Shown: positions 35,161 through 45,586 of the stretch, piece by piece | Layout: each line of letters opens with the position of its first letter | Numbering within the stretch: position 1 is the first letter of the stretch | Assembly (NCBI GenBank): GCA_963817895.1 | Contig: CAWFQB010000004.1 | Location: 864,001 to 928,000, forward strand | Direction: 5' to 3' | DNA: 64,000 nucleotides | Source: an uncultured Chthonomonadaceae bacterium | Lineage (GTDB): Bacteria; Armatimonadota; Chthonomonadetes; Chthonomonadales; Chthonomonadaceae | Made by a program: the position numbers and the translations under genes | Notes under the pieces: model-generated | Told to the model about the DNA's origin: nothing | The model's input: the letters and a program-made list of their open reading frames with translations, nothing else | Databases searched by the model: none

Positions 35161-35174
35161 CGTCGGAGATAACC

Positions 35175-35833
35175 ATGAGCGTCGAAACCATATCCCATAC
35201 GCCACCACATCGCCTGTCAGCGTGCCGCAAAAGCAGATCACGCTGCCGTTCAGCCGCGCCTGGCAGATCAGCATGAAAAGCATCAAAATACGCTTTGCGC
35301 GTTCGCTGATTACCGCCGGGGGCATTTTGCTCGGTATCGCGTTTTTCAGTTCGGTGCGTACCGGGATGCTGTTCACCATGGCCCCCACAAGCAATGACCC
35401 GGACGCAATTGCCGAAGTGGTTGCTGCGGGACACCGGCAATCGTGGCTGGCGATTATGGCCCTGCTCGTGTGCTTTGTCGGCATTATGAACTCCATGCTG
35501 ATGTCGGTTACGGAGCGCTACAAAGAGATCGGCACGATGAAGTGTCTGGGCGCATTAGACCGCTTCATTGTCACGCTGTTCTTCATCGAAGCGGGCTTGA
35601 TGGGCGTGATCGCTTCCGCCGCAGGCTGGTTCCTGGGCTGGTTTATCATCACGCTGGTACATGTGGTTTCCAGCGGGGTGGGTACTCTGGACGGCGCGTT
35701 CTGGTACGGTACGCTGCTGCAAATGCTGCAATCGCTGGGCATCGGACTGGGCATCACGCTGATTGCCGCCATTCCCCCCGCCGTTCAAGCCGCCAAAATG
35801 CCGCCCGCTGCCGCCTTGCGCAGTACGATATAG
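35175..35833 (+). CDS. Small FtsX-like ABC permease (probable frameshift before 35222)
   Basis: GGAG RBS plus ATG 35175; GIMNSMLMSVTERYKEIGTMKCLGA, PA..AAKM.P..ALR. Confidence 0.85.
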
Positions 35834-35908
35834 GGAACAGGGAGTAGGTTGTAGGGAGTAGTTGCAAACCAAGTCTTTCCTACTCCCTACAACCTACTCC
35901 CTACTCCC
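35831..35908. repeat. Intergenic heptamer-repeat hairpin
   Basis: AGGGAGTAGGTTGTAGGGAGTAG is perfectly complementary to CTACTCCCTACAACCTACTCCCT. Confidence 0.9.
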
Positions 35909-35921
35909 GAAAGGACCTGAC

Positions 35922-36692
35922 ATGGTAACAATGGAACGCGTGACGCGCGTTGAATATGTGGTGCGAACCAAAGGGCTGGTAAAGATATTCAAGATGGGCG
36001 ACGAGGTGCTGCGCGCGCTGAACGGCGTTGATCTCGATATTCGCAAGGGCGAGTACCTGTCCATTATGGGGCCGTCCGGGTCGGGCAAGTCCACGCTGTT
36101 CAATGCGATTGGCGGACTGGATCGGCCTGATGAGGGTTCCGTTTTTATTGACGATGTGGATATGGCGCAACTCAGCGCGAGCGAACTGGCCTATCTGCGC
36201 TGTCACAAGATCGGCTACATCTTCCAGACATTCAACCTGCTGCCCGCAATGACCGCGCTGGAAAACGTCACGCTTCCGACGATTTTCGCCGGCATGTCTA
36301 CGGACGAGGGTATTGAGCGCGGCATCGAAATTCTGAACAAAGTGGGGCTTGGACACCGTCTTCATCATCGTCCGACACAGCTTTCGGGCGGACAGCAGCA
36401 GCGCGTCGCCATTGCCCGCGCCCTCGCCAACCGCCCCGCCATTGTCCTTGCCGACGAACCGACCGGCAACCTCGACTTGAAAACGGGCGAAGAGATCATT
36501 GCCCTGCTGCGCGAACTGAACCGCAACGAGGGCGTAACGATTATTTCGGCCACGCACGATTACAAAATGGTGGAAGTGTCGGATCGCGTTGTCTGGATTC
36601 GCGACGGCAAAATCGCCAAAATCGAAGAGCGCGCCGACATCAAAATCAGCGTCGGCGCGATACAGGATGCTGAAGGGCATGATGAAAAGTAG
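35922..36692 (+). CDS. ABC transporter ATP-binding protein (LolD/MacB type)
   Basis: [37 protein letters not shown]. Confidence 0.95.
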   Translation: MVTMERVTRVEYVVRTKGLVKIFKMGDEVLRALNGVDLDIRKGEYLSIMGPSGSGKSTLFNAIGGLDRPDEGSVFIDDVDMAQLSASELAYLRCHKIGYIFQTFNLLPAMTALENVTLPTIFAGMSTDEGIERGIEILNKVGLGHRLHHRPTQLSGGQQQRVAIARALANRPAIVLADEPTGNLDLKTGEEIIALLRELNRNEGVTIISATHDYKMVEVSDRVVWIRDGKIAKIEERADIKISVGAIQDAEGHDEK

Positions 36693-36709
36693 AATTGGAG
36701 TTTCTTAAT

Positions 36710-38000
36710 ATGGCGAGTTTGCGGGGAACGGGGTTGGGTACGGGAATTGCGCTTGGCACGGCGGCGATTGTGCGTCTGCGCAACGGTTTTCCCGTGCCGC
36801 CCGCCATTCCGCCCCGGATTATGGAGCAGCTTGCCAAACGGCGCGGGGACGAAACGCCGGATATAGTCCTTGTGGCGGACGATTACGCGACGGCAGTTGG
36901 CATTGCCGCCTCGGTGCGGTGGGGGAATGTGGTCGCGATTGTCGCGGCGGGAAGCGCGGGAACGCCCCTGAACGATCTGCCTACGGTTGCCGGAATTGCG
37001 GGCCTGTTGGAAGCAGTTCAGGAGGATACGCTCATTATTGTGGATGCCGGACGGGGCGTAGTGGTGGCGGACCCCGGACGGCACAGCCCTCGCGCAGTAC
37101 CAGAACATGCGGAACAATCTGGCCCCGAAAAAGCGACTGTATCTGGATGAGGGGCATCTGATCGCGCATACGCTGGACGGACGCGCCATACAGGTATTCG
37201 CGCAGGTGACGAGTTCGGAGGCTCTGGAAACGGCGCAGGCGAATGGCGCGGACGCGCTGTACGTGCCGTTTGGTTCGCCCCTGTTGCCTGCGGATGGCGA
37301 TGAAGATACACAGCGAAACGCGCTGATGAATTTGATACAGCAGGCGGGCGGCAAGCCCCTGTTGCTGGCGGATGACTACGCTTTGTCGGCGAATTTGCTG
37401 CTGGAAGCGGCTGTGAAAGCCGACCTGACGATTGCCTGCCCGCTGATGCCGCATCTGGAAGCGCTAGGCGTGGGCGAGTTCGGGCAGGAATTGAACGAAG
37501 CCCGCGCCGACTGCCTTGCCAATGATATGATATGTGACGTGCCGCGACTGGCGGTTCACCTGCCGCTGGAGTTCGATCTTCTCCCCCTCGACGACCCGGA
37601 AGCGGCGACGTTTTTCATGGATCGGCTGGCGTATAACGGCGCGATGCGCGTTCTGGTCAGCCTTGAATACGCCAGTATGGAAATCCCGTTGCTGTCGTTT
37701 CTGGAAGCCATGATACGGGCGGGCAATTCGGCCATGCTGCCTGTTTACGTGGCTTCGTGGCTGGCAAATTTCGGGTTTGCAGAGGGCGAGCTGTTGGATG
37801 ATAGCAACAAAATGGCTTTGGAGCAGCTTATTGGAGCGGGAAGCGCGGCCTTAATCGTGCCGCCCGCCGATGTAGCCACTGTCAAAACCGCGATTCAGGA
37901 ACTGAACTATTGGGAGTGCCGGGATGCGCTGAACAAACAATTGGGGATAAGCGCTGAGACAAACAGAGGCGATTTACTGGATGAAGAGGAATTCGCGTGA
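36710..38000 (+). CDS. Degenerate PEP-utilising enzyme (PTS enzyme I-like), frameshift near 37080
   Basis: LRG.G.G.GIALG N-terminus, LVADD, P.V.G....IIVDA..G.V...P swivel remnant, T.DG..I.V.A and GAD TIM-barrel start, LIG.G...L.V.P.....VK..I..L C-terminus. Confidence 0.65.
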
Positions 38001-39016
38001 CGAAAACCGTTGTACTTGTGCTGCTTGCGCCCGATGATGCCGACGCGCAAACGTTCCGGCAGGCGATGGACGCGGACGAGAATTTGCGCGACCAGATCGA
38101 ATTGCGGTTCAGCCGGAGTGAGGATGCCGACTCGCAGTTGGCGGATGCGGACATAGCCGTATGCGGCAACCTGTCGCCGGAGCAATTGGAACGCGCCGAA
38201 AATTTGAAATGGATCGCCTTCTGGAGCGCGGGCATGGACGGCAAATACACGCCGCAACTGGCCGCCCGCAACCTGATCCTGACAAACGCGAGCGGCGTAC
38301 ACGGCCCCAACATCGCCGAACACGTCATGATGTTCATGCTGATGTTCACCCGCAACGAGCCGTTCTATTTTCGCAGGCAATTGGAGGGCGAGTGGAAGCG
38401 CGACAACTGGGGGCAGGAAAAGTGGAACCGACAGCCCCGCCGCAGCGCAGCCGAGGAATTGACCGGGCAGACACTGGGCATTGTGGGATTAGGACGTATT
38501 GGCGAATCTCTTGCCGTTCGCGCCAAAGCCTTTGATATGCGCGTCATCGCCACCAAGCGCAATCCGAACGAACGCTATGACGCGCAGGTGCCTGTGGATG
38601 CCGTATATGGAATGGACGACCTGCCGCGCCTGCTGTCCGAATCCGACCATATCTGCGTTACCATCCCGCACACGCCCCAAACCCACCATTTCATCAGCGC
38701 GGAGATGCTGGCGCATTGCAAGCCATCCGCGTATATCTACAACATCGGCAGGGGCAGCACCATAGATGAGGCCGCATTAGCAGCCGCGCTGGAGCAGGGC
38801 AAACTTGCGGGCGCGGGATTGGATGTGTTCGAGACGGAACCGCTTCCTGCCGAAAGCCCACTGTGGAAGATGGACAACGTAATCCTCACGCCCCACGTAT
38901 CCGGCATCACGCCCTTCTACTTCAAACGTTTTGCTGAACTTTTCCTCGCAAACTTGCGCCAATTTCTCTCCAGCGAACCTTTGCAAAATGTTTTCGATCC
39001 CATAAAAGGCTACTAA
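37997..39016 (+). CDS. D-2-hydroxyacid dehydrogenase
   Basis: GIVGLGRIG, NIGRG, LDVFE.EPLP, LTPHVSG. Confidence 0.92.
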   Translation: MTKTVVLVLLAPDDADAQTFRQAMDADENLRDQIELRFSRSEDADSQLADADIAVCGNLSPEQLERAENLKWIAFWSAGMDGKYTPQLAARNLILTNASGVHGPNIAEHVMMFMLMFTRNEPFYFRRQLEGEWKRDNWGQEKWNRQPRRSAAEELTGQTLGIVGLGRIGESLAVRAKAFDMRVIATKRNPNERYDAQVPVDAVYGMDDLPRLLSESDHICVTIPHTPQTHHFISAEMLAHCKPSAYIYNIGRGSTIDEAALAAALEQGKLAGAGLDVFETEPLPAESPLWKMDNVILTPHVSGITPFYFKRFAELFLANLRQFLSSEPLQNVFDPIKGY

Positions 39017-39049
39017 ATCCAATCAGCCCATTTTGTCGTTACAGAATTA

Positions 39050-39093
39050 GCCCCTCTCCCATGCTTTTTTGGGAGAGGGGTTGGGGTGAGGGC
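39050..39093. repeat. CCCCTCTCCC/GGGAGAGGGG REP-like hairpin with GGGTGAGGG tail
   Basis: GCCCCTCTCCCA-TGCTTTT-TGGGAGAGGGGTTGGGGTGAGGGC. Confidence 0.7.
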
Positions 39094-39108
39094 AAATTGA
39101 CGTGAACA

Positions 39109-39127
39109 TGCTATACTGTTTGTCATG
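39109..39127 (+). promoter_or_regulatory. Extended -10 promoter 7 nt before ATG (leaderless-type)
   Basis: TG-C-TATACT-GTTTGTC-ATG; no SD sequence. Confidence 0.55.
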
Positions 39128-40127
39128 GATGAACGAGAATTCACTCGGCGCAAACGGGAAGGGTGGGAGCAGCTTGCCGCCCTTGTGGAAAAGGCCAACA
39201 GCAAGAGCGGCGTCAAAGCCTTGAGTCGGGAGGAACTGCTCGCGCTTGGCCCTTTATATCGGCGCGCGTGTTCCGATCTGGCCTACGCCCGCGTACACGC
39301 CGTCAGCGCAGACCTTGTCGCCCAACTGAACGGGCTTGTCGGGCAGACACACGCTTTACTGTATGAGGCCGAACATACGGGCCGCGCGTTGCGCTCGGTT
39401 GTGGATTTTTACCTGTACGATTTCCCCGCGCTGCTGCAAAAACACATCCGCTATTTTCTCGCTGCGTTTGGCCTGACTGTTATCGGAGCGTTTTACGCCT
39501 ACTGGTTTGTGCAAACCCATCCCGCGCAGGAGGAGGTTTTCATTCCTCCGCAGTTCAAGAAATCGTTTGACATCTGGAAAAAAGGCGGCGGCGCGTCCGC
39601 GTCCAGCACGGAGTTTTCCGGCGCGTTGTTCGCCAACAATCAGCGTGTCGGCCTGATCGCTTACGCGACGGGCGTGGTTGCGGGCGTACCAACTTGTTAC
39701 ATGCTGTTTGAAAACGGGGCCACGTCTGGGCGCGTTATCCGCTGTGGTCACGCAGTCGCATCAACACGCGAATTTATGGCCCGGTATTCTGCCGCACGGC
39801 ATTGCCGAACTGACGGCAATTTTCATCTGTGGCGGGGCGGGTATGTTGCTTGGCGGTTCGCTGCTGTTGCCCGGTCGCTATCGCCGTTCCGAGTCGTTCC
39901 GTAAAGCAGGGTTGGAGTCTATCTATCTGGTGCTTGGCACGATTCCGTTGTTTGTATTCGCGGGCATTGTGGAGGGCATGTTCTCGCATCTTGGCTTGCC
40001 GGGTTGGGTGCGACTCGCCTTTGCCGGCATGAACGGCGTCCTCTGGTACACATATCTGTTTCTGCCGCGCCGCAAGCCGGAAGAAGCCGCCGTTCCCAAT
40101 ATTACGCGGAACTTGACTGCCGCGTAG
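39125..40127 (+). CDS. Stage II sporulation protein M family membrane protein (frameshift near 39725)
   Basis: F...R...W..L, LYR....DLAYAR, NN..V, ILPHG..EL.AI, LF..AG.VEG. Confidence 0.85.
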
Positions 40128-40142
40128 CGCGTAAGTTCAGAA

Positions 40143-40252
40143 GTCAGGTTGTTAGGTTGTTAGTCGTCAGGCACTCGGCTTATCGCATAAACACACGTTG
40201 GTCTTTTGTATTGTCCTAACAACCTAACAACCTGACAACCTAACAACCTAAC
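40143..40252. repeat. Intergenic octamer-repeat hairpin (GTTAGGTT / AACCTAAC)
   Basis: GTYAGGTT units on the left; five CCTRACAA-type units on the right. Confidence 0.85.
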
Positions 40253-40267
40253 CCCCGGAGCTTTTGC

Positions 40268-42252
40268 ATGTCCCAATCCGAACCGGATGGCTGTCCGCGC
40301 GATACGCTTGCGCAACTGCGCCAACAATATCCTGACGCCCCCTTTCTGGCGTTGGGGCAAACCGTTTTTTGGGACGAGCCGGTCAAGGCCGCGTTGCGGA
40401 AGCTGCTGGATGACAATCATCTCGGCGGGCACATGGTGTTGGGCGTTCACGATACGGATTATTTCGCCAAAGCGCACTTGCCCCATGCCCGGCAGGGACG
40501 TTTCGCGCTCATGCCCCATAACGACGGCAGCACCAAATCGCTGTGGTCGGCGGCAGGCGAAATCTCTACCCTGTTCGGCAGCGAAACGTTTCCCACGCGG
40601 CAGGATTACGTGCGCTGCGGCGTCGCGTTTCGCAAGCTGGCGCGCGCGCATCCCGGACGGGCCGCAGGCGTTTCTGGACGCAATGACCGAAGCGTGGGGC
40701 TGGCGCGGACTGGTGTATACCGGTTCGCGTGACCTGATTGTGCATTATCTGCCTCTGCGGGAGGTCGGCGACGGCCTGCTGGAAATGCTGAAGTGGGGAT
40801 TTGAGAACGCGCTGGCGCAGGTTGTTCCCGGCTGCTGTCAGGACGAGGCGAAAAACGTTACGGAAACCATTGCTCGGCTGGTGTCAGCAGTTCCGCGCAG
40901 GCGCAACCCGGAGAAAACCCTTTCCGACCTGTTCCAGTATTTGCTGCCTCTGTTTTATACCATGCTGCTCGGCGCGGACCCGCAAAATATCAGCGTGGAT
41001 TGCACCACGAACCTGCTGCGCCTGACCCCGCAAACCGCGCATCTGCCCCGCTTCCGCTTTGTAGATTTGTTTCTGAACCCCGCAACCCGCGAACATCGCG
41101 CTTCACGCCTATAATACCGCGCTGGCCGGTTCAGAAATTTATACGCTTGACCGCTTTGGCGCGGGCGCATTGCCATTCGATGTGATTTTGCCGGAACGCG
41201 GGCGGGGAACCCTGCGCGTGACGCCGCGCGTGTTGTTCGTGGAAACACGCCAACCCGTCGCCATCGGCCTGAAAAAGCCGGTCGAATCCGTACAGGAATT
41301 GGCAGAAATCCTGAACCGCAAATTGGGCGATCAGGTAACGCTTGTCGGTAAAGCCGTATCCCTCGTTTCCATGCTGGCGCAGGAATTTATCTTTGTTTTT
41401 AGCGAAGAGGGTTCCCTGTACGTGCGCCGAACCCGGCAGATGAACGACATGCTGGCCGCGCAGGGCATCTCATTGGACATGCGCCCTATACTGCGGATGC
41501 GCTATCATACGTGGGACGCGCTTGCTGTGGGCAAATCCACGCTAACTCCCACGCCGCACCTTGCCGCCACATTTGGACAGCCGACAATTACGACCCCGGA
41601 GTTCGCGTCACAATGGAAGCAGGTAGTTCAGGAGCAGCGGCAATTATGTGAGCAGATCGCGCTGGTACATAAGCCCTCAGAACTGCTGCAATTTCTACAG
41701 GCGCGGAGTGGGGGAGAAGATTGGGAAGAGCAGGCGCGCGTTTATTCGCAGGCCCGACAACTCCTCTGCGAATATCGGGAACAGACGGCCGCCATTCAGC
41801 AGCAGGTTGACGCGCTGTACGCCACGCGAAAACAACTAAAACAACGCAGCCGGGACACGCAGCAGGCGCAGGGCGAACATTTTCGGAGCGTAACCGAATG
41901 GACGCCCGATGAGATTGCCCGCCGCGCCGCCTACGAGGGTGAAACCAGAGACTTGATGCTTCAAAAGCGCGTCGTATGCAGCGAAATCAATAGCCTGAAA
42001 CAGCGCCGCTACTCCATTGAGCGCGGCCCGGACGTTGAACAGACGCGCGAAAGATTGGCGCAGATCGAAACGCGAGCGGAAATGGCCCGCCTGCAACTGG
42101 TACGCAACGCCCTGCTCACCACTGAGGGCCTGACCCATACCAATCATCGTCCGTCCGTCTGGTGGCTGCCCATTCTCGACCCATCCGGCGACTGGTTCCG
42201 CCGCCTCGCCGATACGGCGGAAGTGTATACGGAGCCGTTGCTGTCACAGTAG
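40268..42252 (+). CDS. Conserved-looking hypothetical protein with C-terminal coiled coil (frameshifted)
   Basis: ORFs 40268, 40287 and 41170 join; motifs [35 protein letters not shown]. Confidence 0.6.
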
Positions 42253-42337
42253 GGAGTAGGTTGTAGGGGTAGGAAAAGCAATGTTCAACTTGTGAATTGC
42301 CCTACTCCCTACGCCCTGCGCCCTACTCCCTACTCCC
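42250..42337. repeat. Intergenic heptamer-repeat hairpin
   Basis: TAGGGAGTAGGTTGTAGGGGTAGG ... CCTACTCCCTACGCCCTGCGCCCTACTCCCTACTCCC; spans exactly from the TAG stop to the ATG. Confidence 0.85.
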
Positions 42338-44211
42338 ATGATTTCTCTACCCGACCATATTCCAGATTTACGCCGCTTGTACGGGTTCCGCGCCGTGATT
42401 GTGCTGCTGTTGAGCATGATTGGGCTGCGGCTATGGTACCTGCAGCTGGTGAAGAACGCGGAACTGGCGGAACTGTCGCAGACGCAGAGCGTGAAAGCTG
42501 ATCCGCCGGGTGGCGCCGCGCGGCGTGATTATGGATTCAAAGGGCGAGATTCTGGCGACAAGCCGCGCCAAGTTCGTCGTTTCGCTTTCCCCCGATGACG
42601 CGAAAAAACACCCGGAAACGCTGACGCGACTGGCTCTGCTGCTTGGCGCGAATGAGGATGACCTGCGCGACAAGGTTCTGCCCACGCGCATTGGCCCGAA
42701 CGGAAAAAAGATCGCGTTGCGGGGCAAGCCGTTCGACCCTGTTCCGCTGGATCGGGATGTCAGTATCAAAGTATTGTCGCAAATTGAGGAGCAGCGTCTG
42801 GATTTACCGGGCGTGATTGTCAGCCGCGACCCGGTGCGTTATTATAAAGATAATATGACGTGCGCCCATCTGCTTGGCGATACCGGCCTGATTAATGAAG
42901 AGCAGATGCGCAATCCAAAATACGCCAGTTATCATGGCGGCGATTACGTGGGGCGCGACGGACTGGAAGCGCATTACGAGCAGGAATTGCGCGGGGAGGA
43001 TGGTGGCGAGAATGTGACCGTAGACGCGCGGGGCCGGACGCTGCGCCGCGTATCGGAGAATACAGCCCCGCGCGGGGCATGGGCTGAAACTGGCGCTGGA
43101 TTTGAGTTTGCAGAAAGCGGCCTACAATCTGCTCAAGGAGCAGTTTGATGGCAAAAACCGGCGTAATCCCGGTTCGCATACAGGCGCGATTGTGGCTCTT
43201 GATCCCGCAAACGGCGAAGTGCTGGCGCTGGTCAGTATGCCCTCCTACGATCTGAACACGTTTGGGGAGAAATACGACGCGCTGAATGGCGATAAAACAA
43301 TGCCGCTGTTCAATCGGGCGACAAGCGCCGCGCTGCCATGCGGTTCGCCATTCAAATTGATTACGGCTGCGGCAGGATTGGAAATCGGGCAAAGCGAGTC
43401 AGTACACGACCTATTTTTGTCCCGGCTACAAGCGAATTGGCAACCGCATTTTCCATTGTGACGAGGTGCATCGCAATACGGCCTTTGAAAAAGCCATTGG
43501 CGCGTCGTGCAATGTGTATTTTTATACTGTCGGGCGAAGATGTGGGGCCGGACGCGCTGGCGGAATGGGCAAAGCGATTCGGATTGGGCAAAACGACGGG
43601 CATTGATCTGCCTTCTGGCAGGCCCGGTTTCATACCCACGCCTGCGTGGAAGCGCAAAGTTGCCAGCGACCCGGCCAATAAAATCTGGTATCCCGGCGAA
43701 ACAGCCAACATGTCCATCGGGCAGGGGGATTTGCAGGTAACGCCCATTCAACTGGCGAACTATACGGCAGCCCTTGCCAATGGCGGCACACTCTGGCGTC
43801 CGCATCTGGTACGCGCCATTGTGGATACGTCCGGGCCGAAGCCGACGGTCACGCAAACAATTGCCCCCGAAGCGCGGGGCGAATTGGGCTTGAAGCCCGA
43901 AAACTTGAACCTGATTGTGGCGGGGATGCGCAAAACTATGCAAAAGGGCGGCACGGCGTTCGCGTCCGCTATTCCCGGTTTGGACATCGCGGGCAAAACC
44001 GGCACGGTGGAAATTAAAAAGCAGCGTAATTCCGTGTTCGTGTGCTTTGCCGGCCTGCCCGGAGCAAAAGCCGAGTATCGCGCTTGCGGTTCTCGTCGAG
44101 GGCGGCGGCTACGGTTCCGAAACCGCCGCGCCCATCGCCCGCCGCCTGCTGGCGCAATATTTCCATATTCCCATCAGTCCCGTAGAAACCGTCGGCAACG
44201 CGCGGGATTAA
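42338..44211 (+). CDS. mrdA: Penicillin-binding protein 2 (several frameshifts)
   Basis: RLWYLQ, APRG.I.D..G, G..GLE..YE..LRG.DG, GSPFK (SxxK), W.PGET...SIGQG, IAGKTGT. Confidence 0.88.
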
Positions 44212-44229
44212 ACCGCTGAACTGAGAAAA

Positions 44230-44260
44230 CAGCCGCGAATGAACGCGAATGAACGCGAAT
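44230..44260. repeat. Dispersed 31-bp element of three 10-nt units (copy 2)
   Basis: CAGCCGCGAATGAACGCGAATGAACGCGAAT. Confidence 0.7.
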
Positions 44261-44274
44261 AGGATCATGTTCTG

Positions 44275-45507
44275 ATGTTGCAAAATAAGCCTGTTGTGGA
44301 AGAGAATGAACAGCAAGTTGTGTCACGGCGCGGCTTTGTCGCAGGTGTTGCGGCGGCAGTCACATTGCCCCTGTTGACGCAAACGGAAGCGGGCGCGCAA
44401 ACCCCCGTATTACAGCCGGATCGAACCATACGGCCTGCGCCTGCCCAAACCGCCGCCAAACTGATTACCCGGCAGCGGGAACCGGAAAATCTGGAATTCA
44501 ACTTTGCCACGCTGGATAATTTTCTCACGCCCAACGACCGCTTTTACGTGCGCAGCCACTTTGCCACGCCCAATCTTGACGCCGATAAATGGCAGTTGCG
44601 GATAGAGGGAGCCGTAGAGCGTCCGTTTACCATTTCTTACGCTGAATTGCGGCAGATGCCGTCGCGTAAATTACAAACCACGCTGGAGTGCGCCGGGAAC
44701 GGACGGGTTGCGCTGGTTCCTCCTGCAAACGGCGTTCAATGGGATTTGGGCGGGGTCAGCACGGCGGAATGGACGGGCGTGCCGCTGTCTACGCTGCTGG
44801 CGCGGGCCGGTATTCGCCCCGAAGCCGTAGACGTGGTTCTAGAGGGAGCGGATACAGGAGAAATCAAAACTACGCCCCGACCGGCGGGAGCGATCCACTA
44901 TGCCCGCAGCCTGCCATTGGAACGGGCGCGGCAACAGGACGTGATTTTAGCGACAAAAATGAACGGCAGCGATCTGCCGATTTCGCACGGTTTTCCTGTT
45001 CGCGCTATTGTGCCGGGTTGGTACGGCATGGCGTCCGTGAAGTGGCTGACGCGCATTTTGGTGCTGCCGCAAGCGTTTCAGGGCTATTTCCAGACCATTG
45101 ATTACGCGATATGGGAGCGGCAAGAAGGGGTTGCGCGGCGTGTTCCCATAACCAGTATGCAGGTGAAAGCGAGTATTGCGCGTCCCTCTTTCCGGGAAAT
45201 GGTTCGCGCCGGGAGCGCGTATCGTATTTACGGCGCGGCATGGGCGGGTGACAGCGCGGTGACAAAGGTGGAGATCAGCGTGAACGGCGGCCAATCGTGG
45301 CAGCCCGCCCGCCTGAACAATCTGCCGGTTCCTTACACATGGCGCTTCTGGGAGTACGAATGGCGTGTCCCCATGCAGGCAGGACGCTACGCGATTATGG
45401 CGCGGGCAACGGACGCGAAGGGCAACACACAGCCCATGCAGCGCGACGCCGACCGCGAAAACTACATGATCAACCATGTTGTACCGGTGGAAGTGGAAGT
45501 CAGTTGA
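44275..45507 (+). CDS. Tat-exported sulfite oxidase family molybdoenzyme
   Basis: SRRGFV Tat motif, FYVRSH, LECAGN, HGFPVR.IVPGWYG..SVKWL, ARATD..G. Confidence 0.92.
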   Translation: MLQNKPVVEENEQQVVSRRGFVAGVAAAVTLPLLTQTEAGAQTPVLQPDRTIRPAPAQTAAKLITRQREPENLEFNFATLDNFLTPNDRFYVRSHFATPNLDADKWQLRIEGAVERPFTISYAELRQMPSRKLQTTLECAGNGRVALVPPANGVQWDLGGVSTAEWTGVPLSTLLARAGIRPEAVDVVLEGADTGEIKTTPRPAGAIHYARSLPLERARQQDVILATKMNGSDLPISHGFPVRAIVPGWYGMASVKWLTRILVLPQAFQGYFQTIDYAIWERQEGVARRVPITSMQVKASIARPSFREMVRAGSAYRIYGAAWAGDSAVTKVEISVNGGQSWQPARLNNLPVPYTWRFWEYEWRVPMQAGRYAIMARATDAKGNTQPMQRDADRENYMINHVVPVEVEVS

Positions 45508-45582
45508 GATAGGAGATACAAGATACGAGATACGAGTAGCCCAGACTTGTATCTCGTATCTTGTATCTCCTATCTCCTATCT
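45506..45582. repeat. Intergenic heptamer-repeat hairpin (GAGATAS / STATCTC)
   Basis: GAGATAGGAGATACAAGATACGAGATACGAG pairs with CTTGTATCTCGTATCTTGTATCTCCTATCTC. Confidence 0.9.
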
Positions 45583-45586
45583 AATC

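Noticed and set aside
34701..35276. PQQ or lasso-peptide/RiPP biosynthetic cluster
   Set aside because: PqqD-like protein only; no pqqBCE, radical SAM, lasso cyclase/peptidase or recognisable precursor in the window.
34701..35833. PqqD-FtsX fusion protein
   Set aside because: A separate GGAG RBS and ATG at 35175 and A-rich tracts prone to indel error make two genes more likely; this cannot be resolved without reads.
39125..40127. Evidence of sporulation
   Set aside because: The SpoIIM-family domain is widespread in non-sporulating bacteria, and no other sporulation genes are present.
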